From positions 1-55,361 of the IMG/VR virus record IMGVR_UViG_3300008952_000062: DNA of 55,361 bases; one strand, 5' to 3'. The stretch comes from a virus. Its lineage: Duplodnaviria > Caudoviricetes. This document shows, piece after piece, positions 28,425 to 38,221 of this stretch. Positions within the stretch are counted from its first letter, which is position 1, and each line of letters begins with the position of its first letter. Under the pieces are notes generated by a model. It made no database searches and was not told where the DNA came from. It worked only from the letters and a program-made list of their open reading frames with translations. Both the position numbers and the translations under genes were made by a program.

Positions 28425-31400
28425 ATGTCAGATAACGATAACATCTGGAAACAACCGGAAGCTCCTCCACCCCCGTTGTTCACAGGGAAAAAAGAAAAAG
28501 ACCTTGTAAAGCAAGTAACGGATGAACTCACCGAAAGAGTAATAAAGTCCGAAGTTGTTTATTATCCCATCAGTCTTAAACACAGCAACTACCACTCTTT
28601 GTATGGGGAGGCAGTAAGTAAGAGTTTTCTTCCTCCCGTAAAGATTAGTGCTTATGTCGAGAGGGAAGCAGAACAGACGACTGCAAATAATTTTGGATTA
28701 GATAAAAAGTCATCTATAACAATTCATTTTCACAAAAGAAGGATCACCGAAGATCAGAATCTTTTTGTAAGAGAGGGGGATTTTGTTTTATATGGAAACC
28801 ATCATTATGAAATTACCTCTCTGGGGCAGCCTCGACCCCTATTCGGGCAAATAGATTCTCAGATTGAGATTGTGGCAACGTGTATCCGGGCCCGCGACGG
28901 TGTTTTCCCCGAAAGCAAGAAGGTAGAGTCCGACCCAACTGATCCGAGACTAACTGCTGCTCCTTGCGACCCCTTAAACGAGATTAATGTCTTGGACGGC
29001 ACAGGCACCTCTACAGGAGGTTCGGGAGACACCCCTGTGGTGTGTGACGAAATTTCCAAACGTCCATTAAATCCACCACCACCACTCTTCACGGGGCAAA
29101 AATCAACAGACTTGGTAAAGCAGGTCAACGACGAGATGCTCGAACGAGTAATCGGTCAGCAAGTTGTCTATTTTCCTGTTAGTGTCGGCCACAGCAACTT
29201 TCATGATCTGTACGGTGAGTCAGTAAATAAGACTTTCCTTCCACCAATGCGAATTTTTGCTGCTGTATCGTGGGAGGGATCGGACACAACCTATACAAAT
29301 CTTGGTATAGATAGAAGATCGCAGATTACAGTAAGGTTTCACAAGAGGAGGCTAGCAGAAGATCAGAACCTCTTTGTAAGAGAGGGTGACTTTGTTCTAT
29401 ACGGCAAGGTTCTCTATGAAATCACAACAGTTGGTCAACCAAGACAACTTTTCGGCCAAGTGGGGCAAAAGTTTGAGGTTGTTGCAACCTGCATCCGGGC
29501 CCGAGAGGGAGTGTTCCGACTTGCGAAACAGAAAGTGGATGGAAAAATAATTGACATGACCACATCCGAGCTGTGCGATAATGCAAACTTCGTAACAGGT
29601 GACGGTGAGGCCAATACCGGCCGCAATATTGGGAGTGGAGAGGGTTTATTTTCTGGAAAAGTTGGAAAAGAGTTGCGATTCAAGTCTCTTGTTGCAGGAA
29701 GCAACATTACCCTCAATTCAAGTACGAATGCGATCACAATTGCTTCTTCCGCAACTTTGACAGGATCTATAACAAACGCACTGACTGCTTCCCATGTTTT
29801 GGGATCAAATGTTTTCGGAGCAGTTGCCAATGCGACTAATGCTGTTACGGCACAGACAGCTTCATATGTTTCTGCTGCCAATGTCGTTGGAGCAGTCGCA
29901 AACGCAACCAATGCTGTTACGGCACAAACGGCAAGTTATGTCGTTACTGCCCAAACTGCAAGTTATTATGCGGAAACTGATACGTTACAAAGTGTAACCT
30001 CCAGAGGAGCAACAACTACTAACACCATTATCGCCACGGGCATTTCAGCATCTTTAAATATTTCCGCATCAAAGTTCTATGGAGATGGATCTAACATAAC
30101 TGGAGTAACAGCAGAGTGGGACGGTAGTCACATTGGCAATGCCACCATTGAAGGAAACCTCAGTGCATCTTCTGCAATTTCTGCGGGGTCTTTTGTGGGA
30201 AAGGGAACTTCACTCACAAATCTGACTGCCGCAAACGTCGTGGGACAGGTTGCCTCTGCTTTGACTGCCTCCCATTCTCTTACTGCCTCGTATATTATGG
30301 GTTCCGGAGTAAGTGGCACTGTTGCTAGTGCGACAAGTGCAACGGACGCTTTGACTGCCTCATACATTCTTGGATCCAAGGTTGACGGAACTGTTGCGAG
30401 TGCCACTAATGCCGTCACTGCACAGACAGCTAGTTACTATGTGGAGACAGACACACTTCAAAGTGTGACCTCCAGAGGAGCAACAACGACAAGCACCTTG
30501 AATGTTGCAGGAATGTCTGCATCTGCTGGAATATCTGCCGGATCTTTCACTGGCAACGGATCGGCACTTACTAACATTTCTGCTGCAAACATCGTTGGCC
30601 AAGTTGCTTCTGCTTTGACTGCTTCTCATGTTTTGACAGCATCTTATGTGCTTGGGTCTGGTGTAGATGGTGCAGTTGCCAATGCAACAAGTGCGGTAAA
30701 TGCCGCAACAGCATCCTACATTCAGGGATCCAGGGTTGTTGGCACCGTCGCAAATGCCACTAATGCTGTCACTGCCCAAACCGCAAGCTATTATGCTGAG
30801 ACAGATACTCTACAAAGTGTGACTTCCAGGGGAGCAACAACTACTAGCACACTTATCGTTTCGGGCCTGTCGGCATCTATTAATGTCTCTGCATCCTCTT
30901 TTTATGGTGATGGTTCTAATTTAACAGGAATAGTCTCACAAACTGCCTCGTATGTTCGTGCCGAAAATGTCGATGGTGCCGTATCTAATGCGACAAATTC
31001 TCTGACAGCATCTTACGTTCTCGGATCAAGTGTGGTTGGTGCAGTTTCCAATGCAACAAGTGCGGTAAATGCCGCAACAGCATCCTACATTCAGGGTTCC
31101 AGGGTTGATGGTGCTGTTGCAAATGCTACTAATGCCGTCACTGCCCAAACTGCAAGCTATTATGCGGAAACAGACACCTTTCAGAGTGTAACTTCCAGAG
31201 GAGCAACAACCACAAATGCACTTGGAGTCAGCACTTTATCGGCATCTATGAATATATCTGCTTCGTCTTTTTACGGAGACGGATCAAACCTTACGGGCAT
31301 CGTGGCAGAGTGGGATGGAACACACACAGGAGATGCAATCATCACCGGGAACTTGTCGGCATCAATGAGTATATCTGCTTCTGCATTTTCGGGAGATGGA

Positions 31401-34400
31401 TCCAATTTAACTGGAGTGACTGCCGAATGGGACGGATCACATATCGGGAATGCTACTATTGACGGTCAACTTAGTGCATCATCTGGAATTTCTGCCTCTT
31501 CTTTTACAGGAAACGGATCTTCCCTTACGAACCTTTCTGCCGGAAACATCGTCGGCACAGTTGCTAATGCAACCAATGCAGTCACTGCACAGACGGCATC
31601 CTATGTTGTTGGTTCCAATGTCAATGGAGCTGTTGCTAATGCAACCAATGCAGTCACTGCACAGACGGCATCCTATGTTGTCACTGCACAGACAGCATCT
31701 TACTACGTCGAGAAGGATACGTTTCAATCTGTAACAAGTCGTGGTGCAACGTCAACATCAACATTGTCCGTTGCGGGATTATCCGCATCGGTGAATATAT
31801 CCGCATCGGGATTTTATGGAGATGGTTCAAACCTTACCGGTGTTACTGCTGAATGGGACGGGAGTCACATTGGAAATGCAACCATTCAGGGGAACCTCTC
31901 ATCTTCTGCCACCATCACCGCGACATCGTTTGTTGGTAGTGGAGCAGGGTTGACGGGTGTCACTGCTGAATGGGATGGATCGCATACTGGCAACGCCACG
32001 ATCATTGGAAACTTGTCTGCATCGATAAACATGTCTGCATCAGCATTCTATGGTGATGGATCTAATCTTACTGGAATCTCAACAGCATCAACATTGGATC
32101 AGATAACTGACAACGGCAACACAACAACAAATGACATAACAGTTGGCAATCTCGTTGCTACTGGATTAACAGGTTCTTTAACCAAACTGAGAAACGGAAA
32201 CCCATACCTTGTTGCGGGTTCTAATGTCACCTTGGTGACAGGATCTGGTGGTCAAGTAACTATCTCCTCCACCGGAGGTGGTGGTGGAGGTTCTACAACT
32301 ATTGGAAATGCGGAGGATGGTTCTTATGCTGACGGACTTTTTACAGATTTTACTAGCAACACTCTTATTGGTGTCTCTATCGATAGGTTTAATGAAATTT
32401 TAAAGATACTTGCACCATCCCCGGCACCCGATGTGTCGAGGATAGATTGTGCCGACACTGGAGTTTCTGCGGAACTATCATTTGGTGCAGCAAATACAAT
32501 ATCAGGATATACGAATGTGACCACTCTTGATGGTTTTGCGGGATTGGATGTTAATGATACAATCCAAGTTCAGTCATCTGGCAACAATCTCCGCAGAGCA
32601 ACATTCAACGGAGCTACTGTAATCAACGGAGAAGTAAACTTCCATGTTCCGACAGACACATATGACAACTCAGTTGTAAACTATCCTGCCGACTCATTTG
32701 GAAATGCGGAGGTAGGAGCACTTCAGTTGTTCGTAAACGGAGCATTACTCCACAGCATTGATTTAACATCAGACTCTATCGGTTCCGGTAATCCTGGAAG
32801 CGGAAATGGTAGTCACTTGAATGGTGCCGGTTCAGGGTTTTATAATGTCTCGACAACCTCGTCTGCACAAGATCGCAGTCAAAACAAGTTCAGTATCTTC
32901 CAGCACAGAACGGCAGATTATAAGGTTGCTGCCGCAAATCAGAGAAACGGGTGGAACTATGCAGAAGTGAAACACTCAGGATCTTGGGGATATAAAACAA
33001 CCAACCATGTTCAGTGGGTAAACGATAATAACAGCAATGCCCTTACTGCAACAAACGCAAGATTCACAAGTGCAGCAGGCTCGGGAGCAAAATACCTCTC
33101 TGGTGTGAAATACTTCACCTCCGTAACGGCAAACTACCTTGTCGATGTCAACAATGCATATAAGAATGTATACACAACACAGAACATCTCATTTACAAAC
33201 ACGAACTGTACAATCTCCTCGCAAGCATTTCCGTCACTAAACACAGGTGCGGGTGAAGACGAGACGAAAGTATTGAGTATTACAGGAAGTGCAACATCTT
33301 CCGGAAATACCTTCCTCAGTGGCACACTCACTTCCAAGGTCAATGTTGCTCACCCACTCAAATCAGATCTCAACAATGCGGGAACAGCAAACCTAACAGG
33401 TCTTCTCATTTATAACATTTCAGGTAACTCAACCGCAGTTCGAGAGAGATTCAAGATAGAGACTTATCGCCTCGCATCTGGTTCATACGATAATCAGGGA
33501 GATGTTGATAGTGGAACTTGGAACTCCCAAACTCACATGACTGGTGGTGGCACTCATTCCGATGGATTACAGTTTTATAATGCCCGACTCTATTCACCAC
33601 TCGCAACTTTGAATAATGGTGATTTCCGAGATGACAGTGAGGGTGGACCCCTTGGTGTTGCCCCCGCAGGAAATCCAAACTATTCTGGTGTGTCGGGATT
33701 AAGAACATTCTATAGATATTTTAGAAACTCCACTGGTGCAACAAAAAGAGATCTTGTTTTGACAATTGAAGGCAACTCCACCACAATAGTGCCAACAGGA
33801 ACAGCACTGAACTCAGGCAGAATCAAGGCATTCATAAAGATTCCGGGAACAACGGGATGGATGGATGTTGCACAGGCATTTACTTATGACACCACCACTA
33901 ACGGATCGGGAGCATATGTATTGAACTTCGACAACTCCCTCGATGCCACCAACTACATGTCATTTGGCACCAAGGGGGTTGCCAACGGTGATGACATTGT
34001 TTTGAAGGTAGAGGCAAACACATCGTGGACTGGATATGTTGATGACATCACTGTATCTTTTGGTGCAGGAACAGGTGCAGCCCCATCGCAAGCACCTGCA
34101 CTTGATGATATTGATATTAATGATAACGGTGAGGACGTGAAGTTATCATTCGGTGCCTCAAAGAGTATCGGCGGGTATTCAAATGTTTCAACAAACACAG
34201 GAAACTCCGCCATCGACCTCAACGGGAACTTCCTAGACAGTGGAGACATTGCTGGAGTGTTCAACGGATCAGTCGTCATTGACGGTGAACTAAATGAAGA
34301 TGTTGGTGCAAATACTCCGAGTTATGTTACTAACTCATTCAGAAATGGTGCTTTGGGAAGTTTGAAGTTAGAGGTAAACGGAGCAGTCGTTCACACAATC

Positions 34401-35864
34401 GACCTAACTAGCACATCAGTAGGTGCAGGCAATCCAGGATCGGGAACAGACACGGAAGTGAACGGCAACGGGTCGGGATTTGTAAGTTTGAGTATATTTG
34501 ATGCAGGAAAGTATGCATCAAATAATCTACCTGATTATACGAAAACATACAGAACAGGAAAGTATCAAGTAGGGACAGCAGATCAGAGAAACGGATGGAA
34601 CTATGCAAGAGTTCTACACTCAGGATCAACGATTGGTCAAACGGTGACAAACTATGTTGAGTGGGTAAACGATTCAGATAGTAATGCCTTGTCTGCTGCC
34701 GAAGTTACCATTGATGACTTCTCTGGAAGCACTTTTTACTCCATGTCGGGAGTCAGATACTTCACAGCATGTTCCTCATCTTATCGGTATGCCGTTTCCA
34801 ATGCCCATAAGAACGTATACTACAGACTTAGTGATGCCATCAGTTTCCCCACGACAACAAACACTACTGCAACAAAGATAACCACAAACGGAACCGGACT
34901 TGCATCACCGGGAACAACAAACGGATCAACAAAAGCAATGCCATCATTGGCAACAACTGCAAACTCTCAGAATCAGGTCATGTTTGTTACGGGCACGATT
35001 TCGTTTGATCCGTCTACATCTCTAGTTGGAGCACATGCATCGGTTTCCCATACAGCATCGGTAAATTCTAGAGTAAAGCACCCCATGAAGTCAAATCTCA
35101 CAACATCTACATTGAGCAAACACAGCTTCTTGGTATTCAGTGGAAGTGAGAGCGGAAACTTGAACACTAACGAGCCAATGGATGGAGAGGTATTTAGACT
35201 TCAATCAGGGGCGTATGCAAATCAGGCAAGTGTCACCAATGCTGGTAACAAGTGGAACTCCACAGTGAGTGTCAACGATGTGGGATCATATGCAACATAC
35301 TCTAACGGATTAGCTATCTACAGTGGTCGTCTTGTGTCACCCTCAAAAGGAGGGTTGAACGGAGATTATCGATCTGTTGCCAACTCAGGTCAATTACAGG
35401 CACCAACAGGCAACCCCAACTACTCTACCTTAACGACTGCAACGAGAGAATATTATCGTTATTTCCGATCAAATCAGGTTGGTGACGTTTCTCTTGCAAC
35501 TGTCACTCTCTATGGTGATGCCAACCTCGTCGCAAAAGGTGGTGCTTTCAATCTTGGTTCTCCGGGGGCAAATAAGAACATTCATTGTGAGGTGAAGATT
35601 CCCGGAGATACAGGTTGGTTAGATATGGCACGTCCAGCATCAGTTTCCGAAGACATCACTCAAAATGTCGGTGGATTCAATGGAGGAGGCGGAGATGTGA
35701 ACCAAACTGTAGATGCAGACGGCACTGCTTATGGTATAAACTTCCGAACTGCAACACTGGATGGCACTTCGGGAGGAAATGCTGACTATTTAGTAGTAAG
35801 GATAACCGCGCACAAAGGCTGGACGGGATATTTGTCTCGAATATCTTTTGTATATGGATCATAG
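28425..35864 (+). CDS. Two tandem neck (gp14-like) domains fused to a ~2100-aa fibre
   Basis: PPPLFTG.K..DLVKQV.DE...LYGE...FHKRR..EDQNLFVREGDFVLYG occurs twice, then TAQTASY/AEWDGSH repeats and a duplicated beta-rich C-region. gp14 syntenic slot. Confidence 0.75.
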   Translation: MSDNDNIWKQPEAPPPPLFTGKKEKDLVKQVTDELTERVIKSEVVYYPISLKHSNYHSLYGEAVSKSFLPPVKISAYVEREAEQTTANNFGLDKKSSITIHFHKRRITEDQNLFVREGDFVLYGNHHYEITSLGQPRPLFGQIDSQIEIVATCIRARDGVFPESKKVESDPTDPRLTAAPCDPLNEINVLDGTGTSTGGSGDTPVVCDEISKRPLNPPPPLFTGQKSTDLVKQVNDEMLERVIGQQVVYFPVSVGHSNFHDLYGESVNKTFLPPMRIFAAVSWEGSDTTYTNLGIDRRSQITVRFHKRRLAEDQNLFVREGDFVLYGKVLYEITTVGQPRQLFGQVGQKFEVVATCIRAREGVFRLAKQKVDGKIIDMTTSELCDNANFVTGDGEANTGRNIGSGEGLFSGKVGKELRFKSLVAGSNITLNSSTNAITIASSATLTGSITNALTASHVLGSNVFGAVANATNAVTAQTASYVSAANVVGAVANATNAVTAQTASYVVTAQTASYYAETDTLQSVTSRGATTTNTIIATGISASLNISASKFYGDGSNITGVTAEWDGSHIGNATIEGNLSASSAISAGSFVGKGTSLTNLTAANVVGQVASALTASHSLTASYIMGSGVSGTVASATSATDALTASYILGSKVDGTVASATNAVTAQTASYYVETDTLQSVTSRGATTTSTLNVAGMSASAGISAGSFTGNGSALTNISAANIVGQVASALTASHVLTASYVLGSGVDGAVANATSAVNAATASYIQGSRVVGTVANATNAVTAQTASYYAETDTLQSVTSRGATTTSTLIVSGLSASINVSASSFYGDGSNLTGIVSQTASYVRAENVDGAVSNATNSLTASYVLGSSVVGAVSNATSAVNAATASYIQGSRVDGAVANATNAVTAQTASYYAETDTFQSVTSRGATTTNALGVSTLSASMNISASSFYGDGSNLTGIVAEWDGTHTGDAIITGNLSASMSISASAFSGDGSNLTGVTAEWDGSHIGNATIDGQLSASSGISASSFTGNGSSLTNLSAGNIVGTVANATNAVTAQTASYVVGSNVNGAVANATNAVTAQTASYVVTAQTASYYVEKDTFQSVTSRGATSTSTLSVAGLSASVNISASGFYGDGSNLTGVTAEWDGSHIGNATIQGNLSSSATITATSFVGSGAGLTGVTAEWDGSHTGNATIIGNLSASINMSASAFYGDGSNLTGISTASTLDQITDNGNTTTNDITVGNLVATGLTGSLTKLRNGNPYLVAGSNVTLVTGSGGQVTISSTGGGGGGSTTIGNAEDGSYADGLFTDFTSNTLIGVSIDRFNEILKILAPSPAPDVSRIDCADTGVSAELSFGAANTISGYTNVTTLDGFAGLDVNDTIQVQSSGNNLRRATFNGATVINGEVNFHVPTDTYDNSVVNYPADSFGNAEVGALQLFVNGALLHSIDLTSDSIGSGNPGSGNGSHLNGAGSGFYNVSTTSSAQDRSQNKFSIFQHRTADYKVAAANQRNGWNYAEVKHSGSWGYKTTNHVQWVNDNNSNALTATNARFTSAAGSGAKYLSGVKYFTSVTANYLVDVNNAYKNVYTTQNISFTNTNCTISSQAFPSLNTGAGEDETKVLSITGSATSSGNTFLSGTLTSKVNVAHPLKSDLNNAGTANLTGLLIYNISGNSTAVRERFKIETYRLASGSYDNQGDVDSGTWNSQTHMTGGGTHSDGLQFYNARLYSPLATLNNGDFRDDSEGGPLGVAPAGNPNYSGVSGLRTFYRYFRNSTGATKRDLVLTIEGNSTTIVPTGTALNSGRIKAFIKIPGTTGWMDVAQAFTYDTTTNGSGAYVLNFDNSLDATNYMSFGTKGVANGDDIVLKVEANTSWTGYVDDITVSFGAGTGAAPSQAPALDDIDINDNGEDVKLSFGASKSIGGYSNVSTNTGNSAIDLNGNFLDSGDIAGVFNGSVVIDGELNEDVGANTPSYVTNSFRNGALGSLKLEVNGAVVHTIDLTSTSVGAGNPGSGTDTEVNGNGSGFVSLSIFDAGKYASNNLPDYTKTYRTGKYQVGTADQRNGWNYARVLHSGSTIGQTVTNYVEWVNDSDSNALSAAEVTIDDFSGSTFYSMSGVRYFTACSSSYRYAVSNAHKNVYYRLSDAISFPTTTNTTATKITTNGTGLASPGTTNGSTKAMPSLATTANSQNQVMFVTGTISFDPSTSLVGAHASVSHTASVNSRVKHPMKSNLTTSTLSKHSFLVFSGSESGNLNTNEPMDGEVFRLQSGAYANQASVTNAGNKWNSTVSVNDVGSYATYSNGLAIYSGRLVSPSKGGLNGDYRSVANSGQLQAPTGNPNYSTLTTATREYYRYFRSNQVGDVSLATVTLYGDANLVAKGGAFNLGSPGANKNIHCEVKIPGDTGWLDMARPASVSEDITQNVGGFNGGGGDVNQTVDADGTAYGINFRTATLDGTSGGNADYLVVRITAHKGWTGYLSRISFVYGS
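29770..32080 (+). repeat. VANATNAVTAQTASY / ETDT.QSVTSRGATT / AEWDGSH coding repeats
   Basis: Many copies in the translation; near-identical DNA copies at ~31560 and ~31632. Confidence 0.9.
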
Positions 35865-35873
35865 TTATAAAGT

Positions 35874-37310
35874 ATGGCAGGAAAATCTAATCTAACAGCA
35901 ACTCTTTTCTCGCAAAAGAAATTACTAGGAAGAGCACACACATCGAACCTCAAGTCCGATGCTCAGGAGGCAATACCCTCAAACATACAGGTGTCCTCTC
36001 AGACGATCTTCGGACAGTCGATCCCCGACAACCCCGCACAGACTCTCTACTTGATGCAAAGTGCCAGTGCGGGATCTGCGGCTACTGTGGAATACGTTGA
36101 CTTCATAGTTCAAGCTATTGGCGGAACATCGTATGACGCAAACACTGGTTCGTTTGGGCAGGTCGGTTTCGGCGGCGGCGACGAAGATACTGCGGCCGGA
36201 ACACATGGATATAAACTCGTGATGACGGGCAACTACGAGGCACTTTCAAGCAATTCATATAAAGGAAACGGGTACTACGATAACAATAAAGTTGTTTACG
36301 AGACACTAGGGAAGGTCCAACTTGTTCCTCCCAACTTCTCAAACCAAGGAGCAAACCCATACTTTTTAAAACTCTACAAAGGTGATCCGACTGATGCAAC
36401 AAATGAGATTACATCACTTGATGAGACGGATTGGCAAATAGACTACTACAGTGGTATCATCTTTTTACAAGATTATCGAAATGATCGAGTCCCAACCCAT
36501 GCTAGGGGATTTCTTTATGTAGGGAAGATGACAGTTGACGTGACGGGTTCAGGTGGAGGAAGCAGTTTAACTCTCAACAATGGGGCAGACAATAGGATCT
36601 TGACGGGAGTTAATGGGACTACGATGCAGGGTGAGGCAAACCTCACCTTTGATGGCAACACACTGAACGTCAACTCAACCACCGGTGGTGTTGTTATACC
36701 GAGAATGACGACGACACAGAGAAATTCTATCACTGCTGCAAACGGGACAATGATCTACAACACAACAGATAACGCATTCCAGTTTTACCAAAACGGATCG
36801 TGGGCACTTCTAGGTTCCGGTGGAGGTGGTGGAGACACTATAATTTCAGTTGGTAATGGTGTTCTGTCCATTGCAGACGATGGCCCCGGAGGAACCTTCA
36901 GGGCACTTTTGGATAAATATCATGTCAGTGCAAGCAGTTATGCCAGTAAGATTATTTATCTTGCCTCAACGGGATCAAGTCCTGTGGACTCTTTTCGTTT
37001 GCCGAGAAAGTTCTATTTCAATGAGAACGGTGTTTGGCATCCAAGTCCATTCTTTAGTGAAAGTGAGATCGTTGCCACCACAGCAAGTCTAGAGATGCCA
37101 GACCTTCATGATGTTTTGCACCTGAATGGTTCTGATACGGAAGACAGAGCAATATTGACAGGATTTTATAACAACTCATCCTCTTTTTCCGGCCGAGTCG
37201 TCTATCTATCGAACACAGGCTCCAGTGCAGTCGGTCCATTTACCACTCAAAATAAGTACTACTTTAACGAAAACGGAGTATGGTTCAAGAGCCCCTTTGG
37301 TTCGGGTTGA
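35874..37310 (+). CDS. Virion protein with two C-terminal YFNENGVW modules
   Basis: DWQIDYYSGIIFLQD; PRMTTTQRNSI..ANGTMIYNTT fibre motif; KFYFNENGVWHPSPF and KYYFNENGVWFKSPF. Confidence 0.75.
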   Translation: MAGKSNLTATLFSQKKLLGRAHTSNLKSDAQEAIPSNIQVSSQTIFGQSIPDNPAQTLYLMQSASAGSAATVEYVDFIVQAIGGTSYDANTGSFGQVGFGGGDEDTAAGTHGYKLVMTGNYEALSSNSYKGNGYYDNNKVVYETLGKVQLVPPNFSNQGANPYFLKLYKGDPTDATNEITSLDETDWQIDYYSGIIFLQDYRNDRVPTHARGFLYVGKMTVDVTGSGGGSSLTLNNGADNRILTGVNGTTMQGEANLTFDGNTLNVNSTTGGVVIPRMTTTQRNSITAANGTMIYNTTDNAFQFYQNGSWALLGSGGGGGDTIISVGNGVLSIADDGPGGTFRALLDKYHVSASSYASKIIYLASTGSSPVDSFRLPRKFYFNENGVWHPSPFFSESEIVATTASLEMPDLHDVLHLNGSDTEDRAILTGFYNNSSSFSGRVVYLSNTGSSAVGPFTTQNKYYFNENGVWFKSPFGSG

Positions 37311-37318
37311 ACTATTTA
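37311..37318 (+). promoter_or_regulatory. Putative late promoter ACTATTTA, 4 nt before the ATG
   Basis: ACTATTTA-GAAT-ATG, with no SD upstream. Confidence 0.55.
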
Positions 37319-37322
37319 GAAT

Positions 37323-38138
37323 ATGACTAAAAAAGAAGAAGGTGTGTTGGCACTTGAACCATCAAAAATAGAGACTGTGGACTTTGCCTTGTTTGGGTGG
37401 GTTAAAGAAGATATGGACATACACTCAACCACCAACAAGGGATTTAAGAAAGTCCCAGTAATATGGGTAAGCGGAGAGAGATCTTATCAGATAAAAAACC
37501 ACAAAGAATTGAGAGATTCGGAAGGTTCACTGATCTTTCCGGTTATCTCTGTTGAGAGAACGGGGATAAACAAAGACCCATCCAGAAGAGGATCTCTACA
37601 GGCATACATGCCACCGATTAATAAGTATAATAATTTTACCTACTATACTCACGGTAAAATAAATCAAGAAAAAACATCCAAATTTGCATCAAGCAATGCT
37701 AAAAGGATTTACAAGCAAGATAATTTCCGTTTTGAAAATTCTAATGTTGTGGAGAATTCTTATTTTATAAAATCTCCTACCTATGTTGACATGAGCTACC
37801 TCATTACTTTGAGGACAGAATATCAGCAACAGATGAATGAGATGTTGCAGCCATTTATAACTAAGACTGGAAATATAAACAGTTTTTTGATTAAAAAAGA
37901 TGGACACCACTATGAGGCATTTATACAGCCAGACTTCTCTTTTTCGAACAATGTTTCTTCTGTGGACCAGGAGGAGAGAATTTACCAAACGGCTATAACA
38001 ATCAATGTATTAGGATACCTATATGGTCAAGATACAAACGATAGTGAACCAAAAATTTTAAAACAAGAAGGTGTCGCGAAGATTAAAATCACTGGAGAGA
38101 GGGAATCCGTGTCGGATTCAAGAGTAAAGAAAGTGTGA
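37323..38138 (+). CDS. Tail completion/terminator protein (gp15-like)
   Basis: KVPVIWVSGER, LIFPVISVER, PTYVDMSYLITLRTEYQQQMNEML; sits just before the sheath gene. Confidence 0.7.
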   Translation: MTKKEEGVLALEPSKIETVDFALFGWVKEDMDIHSTTNKGFKKVPVIWVSGERSYQIKNHKELRDSEGSLIFPVISVERTGINKDPSRRGSLQAYMPPINKYNNFTYYTHGKINQEKTSKFASSNAKRIYKQDNFRFENSNVVENSYFIKSPTYVDMSYLITLRTEYQQQMNEMLQPFITKTGNINSFLIKKDGHHYEAFIQPDFSFSNNVSSVDQEERIYQTAITINVLGYLYGQDTNDSEPKILKQEGVAKIKITGERESVSDSRVKKV

Positions 38139-38165
38139 TAAACCCTTCCTTTGGAAAATAAAAAT

Positions 38166-38173
38166 ACTATTTA
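38166..38173 (+). promoter_or_regulatory. Putative late promoter ACTATTTA
   Basis: In the AT-rich gap upstream of the sheath gene. Confidence 0.6.
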
Positions 38174-38221
38174 GTAAGTGACAGTAAAACAATTGTCGTA
38201 TAGGCACACATAAGGAGATAG

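Noticed and set aside
18942-35864. Diversity-generating retroelement TR/VR pairs among the near-identical repeats
   Set aside because: The differences I could inspect are mostly synonymous third-position changes, not adenine-specific; all copies are coding; no reverse transcriptase in the window.
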